Source of the DNA: Orbicella franksi
Taxonomy: Eukaryota
Direction: 5' to 3'
NCBI GenBank assembly: GCA_964199315.1
Contig: OZ116700.1
Location: forward strand, 10,974,001-11,038,000
Length of the DNA: 64,000 nucleotides
A program made the translations under genes and the position numbers. The notes beneath the pieces were generated by a model that saw only the letters and a program-made list of their open reading frames with translations, made no database searches and had not been told where the DNA came from. The stretch's first letter is position 1. Each line of letters opens with the position of its first letter. Shown piece after piece: positions 26,300-38,743 of this stretch.

Positions 26300-28287
26300 T
26301 CAGGTATACACTTTGTAATCCTCCATACTGCTAAATTTATCGAACCAGTCGTCTCGCTTGTCATGCGGGCAGAGATCCCTGTAGAACTTCAGTTCAGTGA
26401 TTTGAATATATCCAACTAGGAACTGAGAGTCTTCCTGAATGAAACCTGCAATGTTGAATTAAGTACCATGAAGAAAAACACAGCGATTTATTGAGACTGT
26501 TTCCACAAAATATACTTACTCTAACACGGAAATTATGCAGGGATACGGGATCTCGAAGAAAAGTTCGCTACAAGAGTGTTTTAGTCTGAGTTAGGGTGAT
26601 TCAACCGTTGATGGCCAATATCTCAGGAGATTCCCCGGTTCTACTTTGAAGCCAACATTAGAAGTTTTCGGCAAAACGTTACTTTAGCTCGTTACGAACA
26701 GTCCAAAAGCCAGTTTTGTAAAGCTTTCTTTCTCTGCGTTCCAGTGGATTTGAGCCCACGTTGTTCAAGCTGCCTATTTTTTATCGCAAAGTTTGTTGAA
26801 AGCCAGAAAACAAGTAATTGAACGACTAAGAATTTCGCCCAAAACCGGAAAAGAGAAACAAAACTTAGAAAACAGAGGAATAGAGAGTTTGATTAAGATT
26901 CTATGTGTCACCGGTGTTCATACAGTCGCCATGAGTTGAGTGACTAACGGAGAAACTTTCAAAAACCTTTGCATAGGAGTCGTCAGAAAAGTTATTCGGA
27001 TACATACTTTTAAAACTTAACTTATTCGAGTCCAACAATCGTTTTCAGGATGTTAGTCAAGGTAACGCTGAAAAATTGCTTTACTGTTTTGAACACAAAC
27101 ACTCTTACTGTGATTACCATAGGAATCGATATGCTAGTATGATGACTGCCGAGAGCTAGGGAAGGCCCTGGCGATTGCTACAGTTGCCAGTTAAAAAGAC
27201 GTACAAAATTTATCCTTATTCTATATTACCTTTTGTTTATTGGACATGATTCTGTTACCTATCTTTAATGTTAATGGGGTGAATACTACGGCCGAAAACA
27301 ATTAGAGTGGACAGTGAACTCGTGGACAGTCGCTCTCTCCTATCAAGAAAAACCGAAAAAAAGAAATGCCTCACTCGGTTGAACCAGTCTTGCTCCTGTT
27401 TCTACGTTAAAAGTAAATATTCAGCATTTGAAACTGAAATTAAAAACTCGATAATGTTCAAGGCTTAAATAAACTTTTTAAAAGTTAAGTACTAAACAAG
27501 ATTTGAACTAACCATGCGACTTTTCGTCGAGGACCAAACACACGTGGCAGCCATTGTCATCTCCCTTCACGCTCATGTCCGTCAGCTTGTTTTGACTCGC
27601 AAACTTGACTATGGCTTCTAGGGCTTCAAGGAAAGACTCGGCGCTTTTCGGTGTCGCCGATTTGTCCACAGGAAAGCCACCCCGCGTTTCTGATGGATGA
27701 TAGAGAATAGCAGTGAACGGTGAAGCCGGGGTAAGAGTCGCTTCAGCTGTAGTTGGCTTTGATTAACGGTACTCTCTAACAGCTTCAACCTCTTCCTTGA
27801 AATACGTTTGTTTAGGATACTGTTTAACATTTTTCTTGTAATTTCTAGGGTCTTTGCTCGCCTTCCATTGTTTAGTCACGTACTCTCGCGATGGCTAATT
27901 GGGAATTTCTCTTGTTTTCCTCTCGTAAGCACTGAGATATTTGTTCAAGTCAGAACAAACATGAGCGTGGAACATGTTCTTTGTAGTTATCCAGGAGCCC
28001 AAATGGAGGGACAAAATAGCGTAGTTTTCAAGATGATAGTGAGACACCATAGCCATTGCTGTCTTTACCACCTTCAGTCTTGCTCCTGGCTCCAACGAGT
28101 TGTAATCAGTTCCAGGTTTAGACTTATCACGCAGTAAAATTATAAAATGCGCCCGTGGAGTAAAGTAGTCGAATTCCACTTTAAATAAGTCGCATTTATT
28201 GTTGGCGGGCATCAAATGAAATGGTTTCTTTTCTTCTTGCCGTCGTTCGTGTTCATCTGGGCGCTTCTTTGCTCTGTAATAAGACAT
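26300..28287 (-). pseudogene. HIT-like domain protein, paralog B1, with two in-frame nonsense codons
   Basis: Exons 28287-27513 and 26445-26300. TAG at 27895-27897 (TGG/Trp in B2) and TAA at 27763-27765 (CGA/Arg in B2). No frameshift; splice sites intact. Confidence 0.85.
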
Positions 28288-28413
28288 GTTTTTTAAACGC
28301 AGTTAGCTCAAGGAATCAAAGAAATAGGCCAAAAAAATACTTGATAATTATAGCATGGCAAGAAAACTTCGAAACCAGTGTCTCGCTCAATACCCCGCAT
28401 AACGCTCCTGAAT

Positions 28414-28423
28414 CAACCAATCA
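28414..28423 (-). promoter_or_regulatory. Conserved CCAAT box upstream of B1
   Basis: caaccaatca 127 nt from the ATG. Confidence 0.5.
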
Positions 28424-29894
28424 ACTAACGCCTTTACCTGTGGGTGTCAAGGAAACCCTAGCACGTCAGCCAAATGCCATTGTTCTCTGTGTGTGGAACG
28501 CTTTCCCGGAAAAAGAAACTGAAATCTTTTCTAGGAATTACCGACTCGTTTACCCGTCCATTCTACTGCTGATCTGTCGCTGAAGAATTGATATTGCTGC
28601 GGCTGAGAATAAAGCGTAAAAGTTGTCACTCAACTTCACGTTATTAAGCTGCACTGGAAGTTCCTTTATATCCATACGTTGAAAATTATTTCTTTCAGGT
28701 AAGGAATACATTATGTTTCTTTGATGTCGATTTCCGAGAAAGACCTTTGTGGGTCATTCAGCAGCTGTTTGTCACAGTTTGGATCATAAACTATTTTTAT
28801 ATTATCCCACCTGTCTCTAAAGTTTCACTTCCGCTCTATGATTGGCCGGCCACACATGGACGTCAATCAACTTTCACTTTTTTGAGTAGGTGTAATGTTT
28901 TCCCGGATACCTATTTCCCAGAAAGGCCTTTTCTGGGAAATGAAGTATAACTTCCGGGCTACAGTTGTGTACAAAGTCCTGAGGGACAATCGTGGCCCGG
29001 AAGTGAAATTTTAATTCCCAGAAAACGTGACGCCTCCGGGAATTAACAGTAGCCGTATACTACAAATATTCGAATGTTTTTTGGCATATTTAAAAGTTTC
29101 CGAGATATTCAGAAAATATTAAGATAAGTTATTTCACGACATTTAGAAATGTATATTCACAGCTTTCTTTGGCTGAGCCGCGTTATCCTCGCCATTTTTT
29201 CGAAACAATACTCAGTTTCTATACCAGAAACAACCCAGTTCAGCGATTTTCCACTTGAAAAATGTATTCTAATAATTTCGTTTCAAGCCGGTAACATGGA
29301 ATCGTCTGAATCTTCTTCCTCTGTTCCCTTCAATACTACAATAAAAATTTGGCCTTAGTGATCCAAAAATCGGTTCATTTTTAAAACATTTAGAGGGCTT
29401 TTCTAGATATTTTGTGATATTTAGAAATTTTTTGAGAGGTCCAGAAAGATATTTTGGCGATTTTACGTGATTTTTTTTATTACTGTTATTTTACGTGATA
29501 TTTGTGGAAAGGCCTAACGTATGGCTCATATTGTGGTAAAATTACAGGCTTTTCCGCGAATTGATATTAATTTAATCAAACAACGTATCTAACATCACCT
29601 GCAGAAATTATATTCTGCTGGACATGTTTGACATCGGAAGATTTCCGTGTACGAGCCAAAAATTGCGGCCAAATAAAATCGAAATTGTTTAATTGCCCCT
29701 AACCCCTAATTCTTTTCTCAGCCGTCTGGAAAATTCTTCTGTTGTTGATCACATTAGTGAAAAAATTATACTCATGCGATTTTTCCTCAATTTTCTGTGA
29801 ATTTTCAAAATTCGGAAAATACGTGTCACTTTGGTTCTCCACCGCGTTTTAAGGGGATTGAGTCGAGTTTTTTTAACAAAACCTTTTTTCTAGA

Positions 29895-30075
29895 ATGCCT
29901 AATAAATGTGTTGCTGCGAATTGCAGTAATGCCGCAGATGCTTGTAAGCGCATCTTTATAGACACTATACCTTTCTTTGGTGATTCTTGACCCAAGGCGA
30001 TCATCAAACGAAGAAAGAAATGGGTTGATTTTATCAAAGCCAAACAAGCCAAATGGAAACCAACAAAGTATAGCG
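29895..30075 (+). pseudogene. THAP zinc-finger relic of a DNA transposon
   Basis: Translates MPNKCVAANCSNAADACKRIFIDTIPFFGDS*PKAIIKRRKKWVDFIKAKQAKWKPTKYS: THAP-type CxxxxC, conserved W and WxP; TGA at 29988; the terminal C/H ligands are lost. Confidence 0.65.
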
Positions 30076-31518
30076 ATTTTTATGCTATACGTAAGTCCCT
30101 GGGAGTGTACTTTAGAAAGTTTTATACTGGGAGGTGCCGCCCGGAGGTCCAATCGCTTACCCTTTTGTTTACCATTTTGACTGAAAAGCTACTCCTTTCG
30201 TATACCTTTAATTGAAGAAAGCACTCCTTTTCACATATGTATTTAAGAACAGTGCATCGTATTTCTAAACCTTTACAATGAAGTTTTTGAACACTATTAC
30301 GGGAAAACATCAAGCATAACCAGAGGAGATGTTAACCAAAGCACTATACCCTTACAAAAACAAAATATGTAGAGAGAAAAGATTAAAGAGCGTAAGCTGA
30401 CTCAGTCAAAGATAAAAAGAGATTAGTCCAAAAGAAGCAGTAAACTGCAGAAATGAATTGTAAGACACCGGTATATTTTTGCTCGAGTTTAAAGTAGCCT
30501 GAGTTAGGTATTTCGCGCCTTTGATATACCATTGCGGCATGCCACAGGTACAGACTTTTAACTGTCCATTCTGTAGAGGTTGTGTTTATATAATTTTGTT
30601 TCTTCTGCTATAATGATGTAACTAGCAAGTTTCAGGGACTCGCGCAATGAAAACCTCCTGGCGCCAACCAGGAGCCCATGACCTCTTGGCTCCTACTCAT
30701 CTTGCGTGTGGGTCAGTAATACACACGCGTCATATTTATTTCTTTCTGGTAATGAGGGTTTGGCTGTACTGCGTTAACATTTTAGCAGTTTTCTATTGCT
30801 TGTCATTATTAGCTACATTCTTGGCAGTTCCACAAGATAACACCAGCTGATTTGTGGAAATAGAACGAATAAAATAGTTGGGTTACAAGGCTAATAGCTG
30901 TCCTTCCCCCCACCCACCCCCCCCCCCCCAACCCCCAACTACACCCCGTACTGCTCTCCAGCCATTCCAGGTCTCCATCCAGTGCTTAGGGATATGAACA
31001 TGTTGATGGATACAAAACTGCTATTTTGGTTGTGCACACATCTTTACTGTTTAACTGACTTATTTCTTTAATTTTATTTATCTTATTTCTTTTTTCCGGT
31101 AACATGGGAGCAAATTAACGAACAGTGACTCGCAAGAATGGCGATTTGAGGCCTGGTTACTAATACTATGTCGATTTCGCTTGGAGCGCCAGGAAACCAT
31201 ATTAACTCAACTCCTTCGATTTTCTTCGCGTTTTGAGCTTCCTCCAACAAAACTACTGTACAATTAATGTGACAATCAACACTTAAGTTCATATCTGGAG
31301 AAGCATTAGTACTCACATTGGAACCTCAGTAAACTGATTCAGAATTTAATCATGTAGTTGGTATAGTGTAATCGTCCGGGTGAGGGTAGTTCGATAGAAA
31401 CACGGTACATGTTTTCTATTTCCTAAATACAAACTGATCCAGAGGCAAAGAATAGCGACTTACTAACAATTATAGTCCTCTCACGTTGATACATGGATAT
31501 CCTTAATACTCTCCTTAT

Positions 31519-33356
31519 TTAGGTGTATACGTTATAATCCCTCATGCTGCTGTATTGAGCGAACCAGTCATCTCGCTTGTCATGTGGGCAGAGATTCCTG
31601 TAGAACTTCAGTCCGGTGACCTGGATGTACCCAACAAGGTACTGAGAGGCGGCAACATTGAATCCTGCAATTTCGAAGAAATGCAATAAAAAAACACTGA
31701 ATTATACCTATATAGTCGGCTCATAATCGACTTCAGTTTTCTGGGTGAAATTAGAAGGCTTTTACCGATTCTGGCATTCTATGTTCCTAGCGGTGCTTTT
31801 TTGTTTTTTCGGTCACAATGATGTTAGAATTGTTTTATTCATCTACCTTGATCTAAAACTGATTCAATTTTCTTAGCACTTCGCTTTTCTGTGTTCTTGT
31901 ATTTAACATACGATAAAAGATTTGGCTCGTACGAAATCGTCCCGACAAGCTGGTACATTAACAGTGTCTTTATGTAATCAGAAAAGGTGTCTGGCTGACG
32001 CCATCTTGTTTTGACGAGAACCTGGACTGGGCACGAACCTAGAAAAACTTCCGGTGGGTCCCAGACTTCCTCAAAACTAAACGAAAACTTGAGGCTCGTG
32101 AAATGAGGCGTTTATATGCTTTGAGCAGCAGGCTTGAAACACATCAGTACGCAAAAAATTTCACTTTCCGCTCAAAATATGTACTAAAATTTGAGGTATA
32201 GACTATAATTAGCCTGTCCAACCCTACAATAGCAAACGCGGAGGTTAACTTCGGTCCAAGACGATTATTACACTCCTCACTGCTTTACATGTTTTGCCGC
32301 TGAGTACACCGCAGCTAATCACGATGTTTCGTTTTGCTATAGCACAAATAGTTCTACCTATCTTGTCACTAATAAGAACGGCTCAAAACAGCTAAATATC
32401 GTTACAAGTTCGAGGGGAAAACTGCCCTCCCCTTACTAGAGATAAATGCCCTACTCAAAAGGAATTCTGTCAATTTGCTTGCTTCTAACTGCTATGCGAG
32501 ACGTAAAGATCTCATCTTTGGATCTGACTTAAAGGGATACTCTTACATGTCTAGAATTGAACTAACCGTGTGTCTTTTCGTCGAGAACCAAACACACATG
32601 GCATCCGTCATCCTCACTTCTTGCGTCGATGTTCGTGAGGTTGTACTGGCTGGCAAATCCGATTATGGCTTCTTGGGCTTTGAGGCGAGCCTCGGCGCTT
32701 CTTGCCGTTGCATCATTCTTGACAGCAAAGCCAACCCTTGGTTCTGAATGATGGAAGAGAATGGCGGTGAACGGCGGAGATGGGATTGCCAGGGAACCAA
32801 TTGTATTCGTCCTTGCCTCCGTTCGACGGTAATTTCTGACAGCTTCAACCTCATCCTTGAAATATGTTTTGAAAGGATACTGTCGAACATTTTGCACGTA
32901 ACAGCTGTGCGTGGGTTCCTTGCACGCCCTCCATTCTTTTGTAACGGACCTTACCGAGGGCCAGTTGGGAACTTCATGCTTTCTCTTATCATATATACTG
33001 AGATAATCCTCCACGTCTACACAGAGATGAACATGGAACTTGTCCTTGTCAGTTCCCCATTTACCAAAATGGAGAGACAAAGTAGCGGACATTTGCAGGT
33101 CATAGTGAGAAACCATTACCATTGCTGCCTTGACTATCTTAAGCTTTGCTCCCGGAGCTAAGGAGTTATAATTAGTTATAGACTTTCTGTCGCGGGGCAC
33201 GATGATAAAATGCGCTCGAGGAGAGTAGTAGTCGAAAACCACCTTGAATGTGTCGCATTTCGCATTTGAAGGCAAGAGATCAAATGTTTCCCCTTTTGCG
33301 TTTAGTTGGTCATGTTCATCTAAGTGAAAGGGCTTCTTCCCTCTTTGTGCAGACAT
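31519..33356 (-). CDS. HIT-like domain protein, paralog A2 (2 exons, 311 aa)
   Basis: Exons 33356-32567 and 31664-31519. Motifs FKVVFDYYSPRAHFIIVPR, LSLHFG, KFHVHLCV, GCHVCL; exon 2 encodes FNVAASQYLVGYIQVTGLKFYRNLCPHDKRDDWFAQYSSMRDYNVYT*. Confidence 0.87.
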
Positions 33357-33488
33357 TTTTGCAGAAATTAGGCAAGAGATGGGAAATACAGGGCAAAATA
33401 AAAAGACTTGATGGTTTTAATTGCGAAACAATTCACTCGGTCTTCAAATCTAGTATCACGGCCCTTTCCGTGATTGATCCTTCTAAAT

Positions 33489-33498
33489 CAACCAATCA
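33489..33498 (-). promoter_or_regulatory. Conserved CCAAT box upstream of A2
   Basis: caaccaatca 133 nt from the ATG. Confidence 0.55.
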
Positions 33499-35129
33499 CA
33501 TAACTTCATTACGTCCAAGCGTCAAGGCAACGAATACACGTCAATCAAGTTTCCCTTCCTTATGAGTATACAATGTTTTCCCGGAAAAATCTGATTTCTA
33601 GGAATTATCCAAGGTATTTATAGACTTACCCGTGATTGGACACTGTCCCTGCTTTTCAATGAGCGTCACTGTCGAAATTAAGCTATACCAGCGCGCATGC
33701 TCTAAGCAAACATTGCAGAGCAACTTATTTTCCTGCTAATTCTGCAGTCAAACGCAGGAAGATGCATTTCGTCGTGTTTTGCCTCTGATCTCGTCAAAGT
33801 GAAAATGAGGGCTCATAGATTTGATGCTATTACCCCAGATACTACTTCAGTTTCTCTGATACAAGTTTCATACCATCACATGAATCATTCATTAACAAAC
33901 AGGTTTTCCTTTTCACCCATGACTCATAGTTTATTGATCTAAAATTTTTGGTCGGGTTTTTCAAGGCAACATAAGAGACAAAGCTTGCACAAATGGCTTT
34001 CAAGGGATTCCCTTGTGCATTGAAGCACCTCCTGAATGAATGAATGGCAACTTTATATAAGTCTCAGTCTTAATAGCTGAGCACAAGTGCTTTACTAATT
34101 GGGCAGACTAAAATATGCAACAGCAGCAGAAAGAACTAGCCCTTAAAATACAACTAATCCTACGCAAAATGTACTTGTGCGTTATTTTCGAAGTATTAGC
34201 GGTGATACAAACCTGACAGTTTTTCCTTCTATAGCAGGATTGAAAGCGATTCAGGCTATTGTACAGCACGGCATTATCCACAGTTAGACATTAAAATGTG
34301 TCTCTCACGTTTATACATGGATTGTTTACGACTGAGCTAGAGAGAGATAGGTCTGGAAGATGCCATAGGGAGATCTTTATAGCAGTGTGGTAGAAAATTT
34401 CAAGAGCGTAATTTTGAAAACTTTCTCTTTGATTTTTGCTAAATCAGGTGGCTACGTTAGAATTATAATTACAGCTGTTTCATATGAGATGGGAGTACAT
34501 TATACCAAGGTGTTAAATATAAATCCATTATCTACCACTAGAAACGTCGGACCATACCACCAGCAAAACATCTTACCTGCACGGGAGAAATGCTGTATTC
34601 CTGCGAAGATATTAACGGAATTTCATGCACATATGCACATATCTACCGCTGCATTTCCTTCCATCACTACATTCCTCATATCTACCTCGGGAAAGAGAGG
34701 TCGCTGATATTCAACCAAGAAAACTCCATCCAAAATTGGGGCGATGTCTTAATCATGAAATCTTGATGTACACATTTATTATCAATAATTCCATCACGGA
34801 ATCAGAGAAACTAAGCTCATGCGTGTACTTTACTATAAGTGCACTTTACATTTTTCATGTCTACATTGGGAGTCTTTAATCTGTTTTCAAAGACTCGTGT
34901 TTTCTTCATAGTGACTATAGTAACTGGTTTCCAAGTTATTCGGCTAGGTCCCTTTATTTTAGATTGTTTGTGAATTCAATCAGTGAAATCCTAAAAAGAA
35001 GGCTATCAAATGGTTAAACGCAAACTCAGATAATTACAACAGCTTCTTAGACTAAACTAGGCTAAACAAAACAAAGAACTATAACGAGTCTCTTAACGAT
35101 TAAACGTCTGAAGACCTAAGATGGAAGAT

Positions 35130-37166
35130 TCAGGTATACACTTTGTAATCCTCCATACTGCTAAATTTATCGAACCAGTCATCTCGTTTGTCATGTGGGC
35201 AGAGATCTCTGTAGAACTTCAGTCCAGTGATTTGAATATATCCAACTAGGAACTGAGAGTCTTCCTGAATGAAACCTGCAATGTTGAATTAAGTGCCATG
35301 AAGAAAAAAAAGCAGCGATTTATTCAGACTGTTTCGACAAAATATACTTATTCTAACACGGAAATTACGCAGGGATACGGGATCTCGAAGAAGAGTTCGC
35401 TACAAGAGTGTTTTAGTCTGAGTTAAGGTGATTCAACTGTTGATGGCCAATATGTCAGGAGATTTCCCGGTTCTACTTTGAAGCCAACATTAGAAGTTTG
35501 CAAAACGTTACTTTAGCTCAAGTCACGAACAGTCCAAAAGCCAGTTTTGTAAAGCTTTCTTTCTCTGCGTTCCAGTGGATTTGAGCCCACGTTGTTAAAG
35601 CTGCGTATTTTTGATCGCAAAGTTTGTTGAAAGCCAGAAAACAAGTAATTGAACGACTAAGAATTCCGCCCAAAACCGGAAAAGAGAAACAAAACTTAGA
35701 AAACAGAGGAATAGAGAGTTTGATTAAGATTCTATGTGTCACCGGTGTTCATGCAGTCGCCATGAGTTGAGTGACTAACGGAGAAACTTTCAAAAAACCT
35801 TGCATAGGAGTCGTCAGAAAAGTTATTCAGATACATACTCTTAAAACTTAACTTAGACGAGTCCAACAATCGTTTTCATGATGTTAGTCAAGGTAACGTT
35901 GAAAAATTGCTTTACTGTTCTGAACACAAACACTCTTACTGTGATTCCTATAGGAATCGATATGCTGGTATGATGACCGCCGAGAGCTAGGGAAGGCCCT
36001 GGCGATTGCTACAGTTGCCAGTTAAAAAGACGTACAAAATTTATCCTTATTCTATATTACCTTTTGTTTATCGGACATGATTCTTTACCTATCTTTAATC
36101 AGTGTTAATGGCGTGAATACTACGGCCGAAAACAATTAGAGTGGACAGTGAACTCGTGGACAGTCGCTCTCTCCTATCAAGAAAAACCGAAAAAAAGAAA
36201 TACCTCACTCGGTTGAACCAGTCTTGCTCCTGTTTCTACGTTAAACGTAAATATTCAGCATTTGAAACTGAAATTAAAAACTAGATAATGTTCAAGGCTT
36301 AAATAAACTTTTTAAAAGTTAAGTACTTAACAAGATTTGAACTAACCATGCGACTTTTCGTCGAGGACCAAACACACATGGCATCCATTGTCATCTCCCT
36401 TCACGCTCATGTCCGTCAGCTTGTTTTGACTTGCAAACTTGACTATGGCTTCTTGGGCTTCAAGGAAAGACTCGGCGCTTTTCGGTTTCGCGGATTTCTC
36501 GACAGCAAAGCCAACCCGTGGTTCTGATGGATGATAGAGAATAGCGGTGAACGGGGGAGACGGGGTAAATGTCGCTTCGGCTGTATTTGGCTTTGATCGA
36601 CGGTACTCTGTAACAGCTTCAACCTCTTCCTTGAAATACGTTCGGAGTGGATATTGTTGAACATTTATCGCGTAATTTCTAGGATCTTTGCTCGCCTTCC
36701 ATTGTTTAGTCACGTACTCTCGCGATGGCCAATTGGGAATTTCTCTCTTTTTACTCTCGTAAACACTGAGATACTCGTTCACGTCAGAACAAACATGAGC
36801 GTGGAACATGTTCTTTGTAGTTATCCAGGAGCCAAAATGGAGGGACAAAATAGCGTGGTTTTCAAGATGATAGTGAGACACCATAGCCATTGCTGTCTTT
36901 ACCACCTTCAGTCTTGCTCCTGGCTCCAGCGAGTTGTAATCAGTTCCAGGTTTAGACTTATCGCGAGGCAAAATGATAAAATGCGCTCGAGGAGTGTAGT
37001 AGTCGAAGGCCACTTTAAATGTGTCGCATTTCTCGTTGGGGGGCATCAAATCAAATGGTTTCTTTTCTTCTTGCCGTCGTTCGTGTTCATCTGAGCGAGG
37101 TCGCTTCCAGTGTCCTCGTTCACGTTCATCTGACCATGGGCGCTTCTTTGCTCTATAATCAGACAT
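35130..37166 (-). CDS. HIT-like domain protein, paralog B2 (2 exons, 321 aa)
   Basis: Exons 37166-36347 and 35275-35130. Motifs FKVAFDYYTPRAHFIILPR, LSLHFG, MFHAHVCS, GCHVCL; exon 2 encodes FIQEDSQFLVGYIQITGLKFYRDLCPHDKRDDWFDKFSSMEDYKVYT*. Confidence 0.87.
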
Positions 37167-37294
37167 GTTTTTTAAACGCAATTAGCTCAAGGAATGATAG
37201 AAATATAGGGCAAAAAAATACTTGATAATTACAGCAAGGCAAGAAAACTTCGAAACCAGCGTCTCGGTCAATACCCTGCATGATGCTCCCGAAT

Positions 37295-37304
37295 CAACCA
37301 ATCA
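37295..37304 (-). promoter_or_regulatory. Conserved CCAAT box upstream of B2
   Basis: caaccaatca 129 nt from the ATG. Confidence 0.55.
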
Positions 37305-38743
37305 AATAACACCTTTACCTGTTGGTGTCAAGGAAACCCTAGCACGTCAGCCAAATGCCATTGTTCTCTGTGAGTGGAACGCTTTCCCGGAAAAAGAAAC
37401 TGAAATCTTTTCTAGGAATTACCGACTCGTGCTGATCTGTCGCTGAAGAATTGATATTGCTGCGGCTGAGAATAAAGCGTTACAGTTGTCACTCAACTTC
37501 ATGTTATTAAGCTGCACTGGAAGTTCCTTTATATCCATACGTTGAAAATTATTTCTTTCAGGTAAGGAATACATTATGTTTTTTCGATGTCGATTTCCGA
37601 GAAAGACCTTTGTTGGTCATTCAGCAGCTGTTTGTCACAGTTTGGATCATAAACTATTTTAATATTGTCCCACCTGTCTCTAAAGTTTCACTTCCGCTCT
37701 ATGATTGGCCGGCCACACATGGAAGTCAATCAACCTTCACTTTTCTGAGTGGCTGGAATGTTTTCCCGGAAACCTATTTTTCTGGGAACTGAAGTATGAC
37801 TTCCGGGCTACAGTTGTGTACAAAGTCCTGAGGGACAATCGTGACCTGGAAGTGAAATTTCAATTCCCAGAAAAAGTGACGTTTCCGGGAATTAACAGTA
37901 GACGTATACTTTAAAGTCTGTCCACAGATATTCGAATGTTGTTTGGCATATTTACAAGTTCCCGAAATATTCAGAAAATATTAAGATAAGTTATTTAGCG
38001 ATATTTAGAAATATATATTCAGAGCTTTCTTAGACTGACCCATGTTTTCCCCGCTATTTCTTGAAACAGTACTCAGCTCTATACCAGAAACAACCCAGTT
38101 CAGCGATTTTCCACTTGAAAAATGTAGTCTAATAATTTCGTTTCAAGTCGGTAACATTGAATCGTCTGAATCTTCCTCCTCTGTTCCCTTCAATGCTACA
38201 ATGAAATTTTTGCCTTAGTGATCCAAAATCGGTTCATTTTTTAAAACATTTAGAGGGCTTTTCGAGATATTTTGTGATATTTAGAAATTTTTTGAGAAGT
38301 CCAGAAAGATATTTGGCGATTTTACGTGAATTTTTTGTTACTATTATTTTACGTGATATTTGTGGAAAGGCCTAACATATAGCCCATATTGTGGTGAATT
38401 GCAGGCTTTTCCGCGAATTGATATTAATTTAATCAAACAACGTATCTAACATCACCTGCAGAAATTATAGTCTGCTGAACATATTTGACAAAGATTCCCG
38501 ACTACGAGCCCAAAATGGCGGCTAATTGAAATCGAAATTGTATAAGTGCCCCTAACCCCCTAATTCTTGTCTTAGCCGTAAGGAAAATTCTGCTGTTGTT
38601 GATCACATTAGTGAAAAAGTTATAGTCGTGCGATTTTTCCACAATTTTCTGTGAATTTTTAAAATCGGAACATCCGGTCACGTTGGTTCACCGCCACGTT
38701 TCAAGGGGATTGGGTCGAGTTTTTTTACAAAACTTTTTTTAGA

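Larger units (their letters stand above)
22662..31339. repeat. Tandem segmental duplication, unit 1 (~8.7 kb; HIT-like genes A1 and B1)
   Basis: Colinear with 31424-40496 throughout, including introns, intergenic DNA and transposon relics. Confidence 0.95.

Noticed and set aside
27763-27897. Stop-codon readthrough or recoding in B1
   Set aside because: Two different stops (TAG, TAA) and an intact paralog make simple pseudogenisation more parsimonious.
30900-30945. C-rich tract (and the G run at ~63938-63965) as functional G-quadruplexes
   Set aside because: Low-complexity runs; the first is not retained in unit 2, and the second lies in repeat-like sequence.
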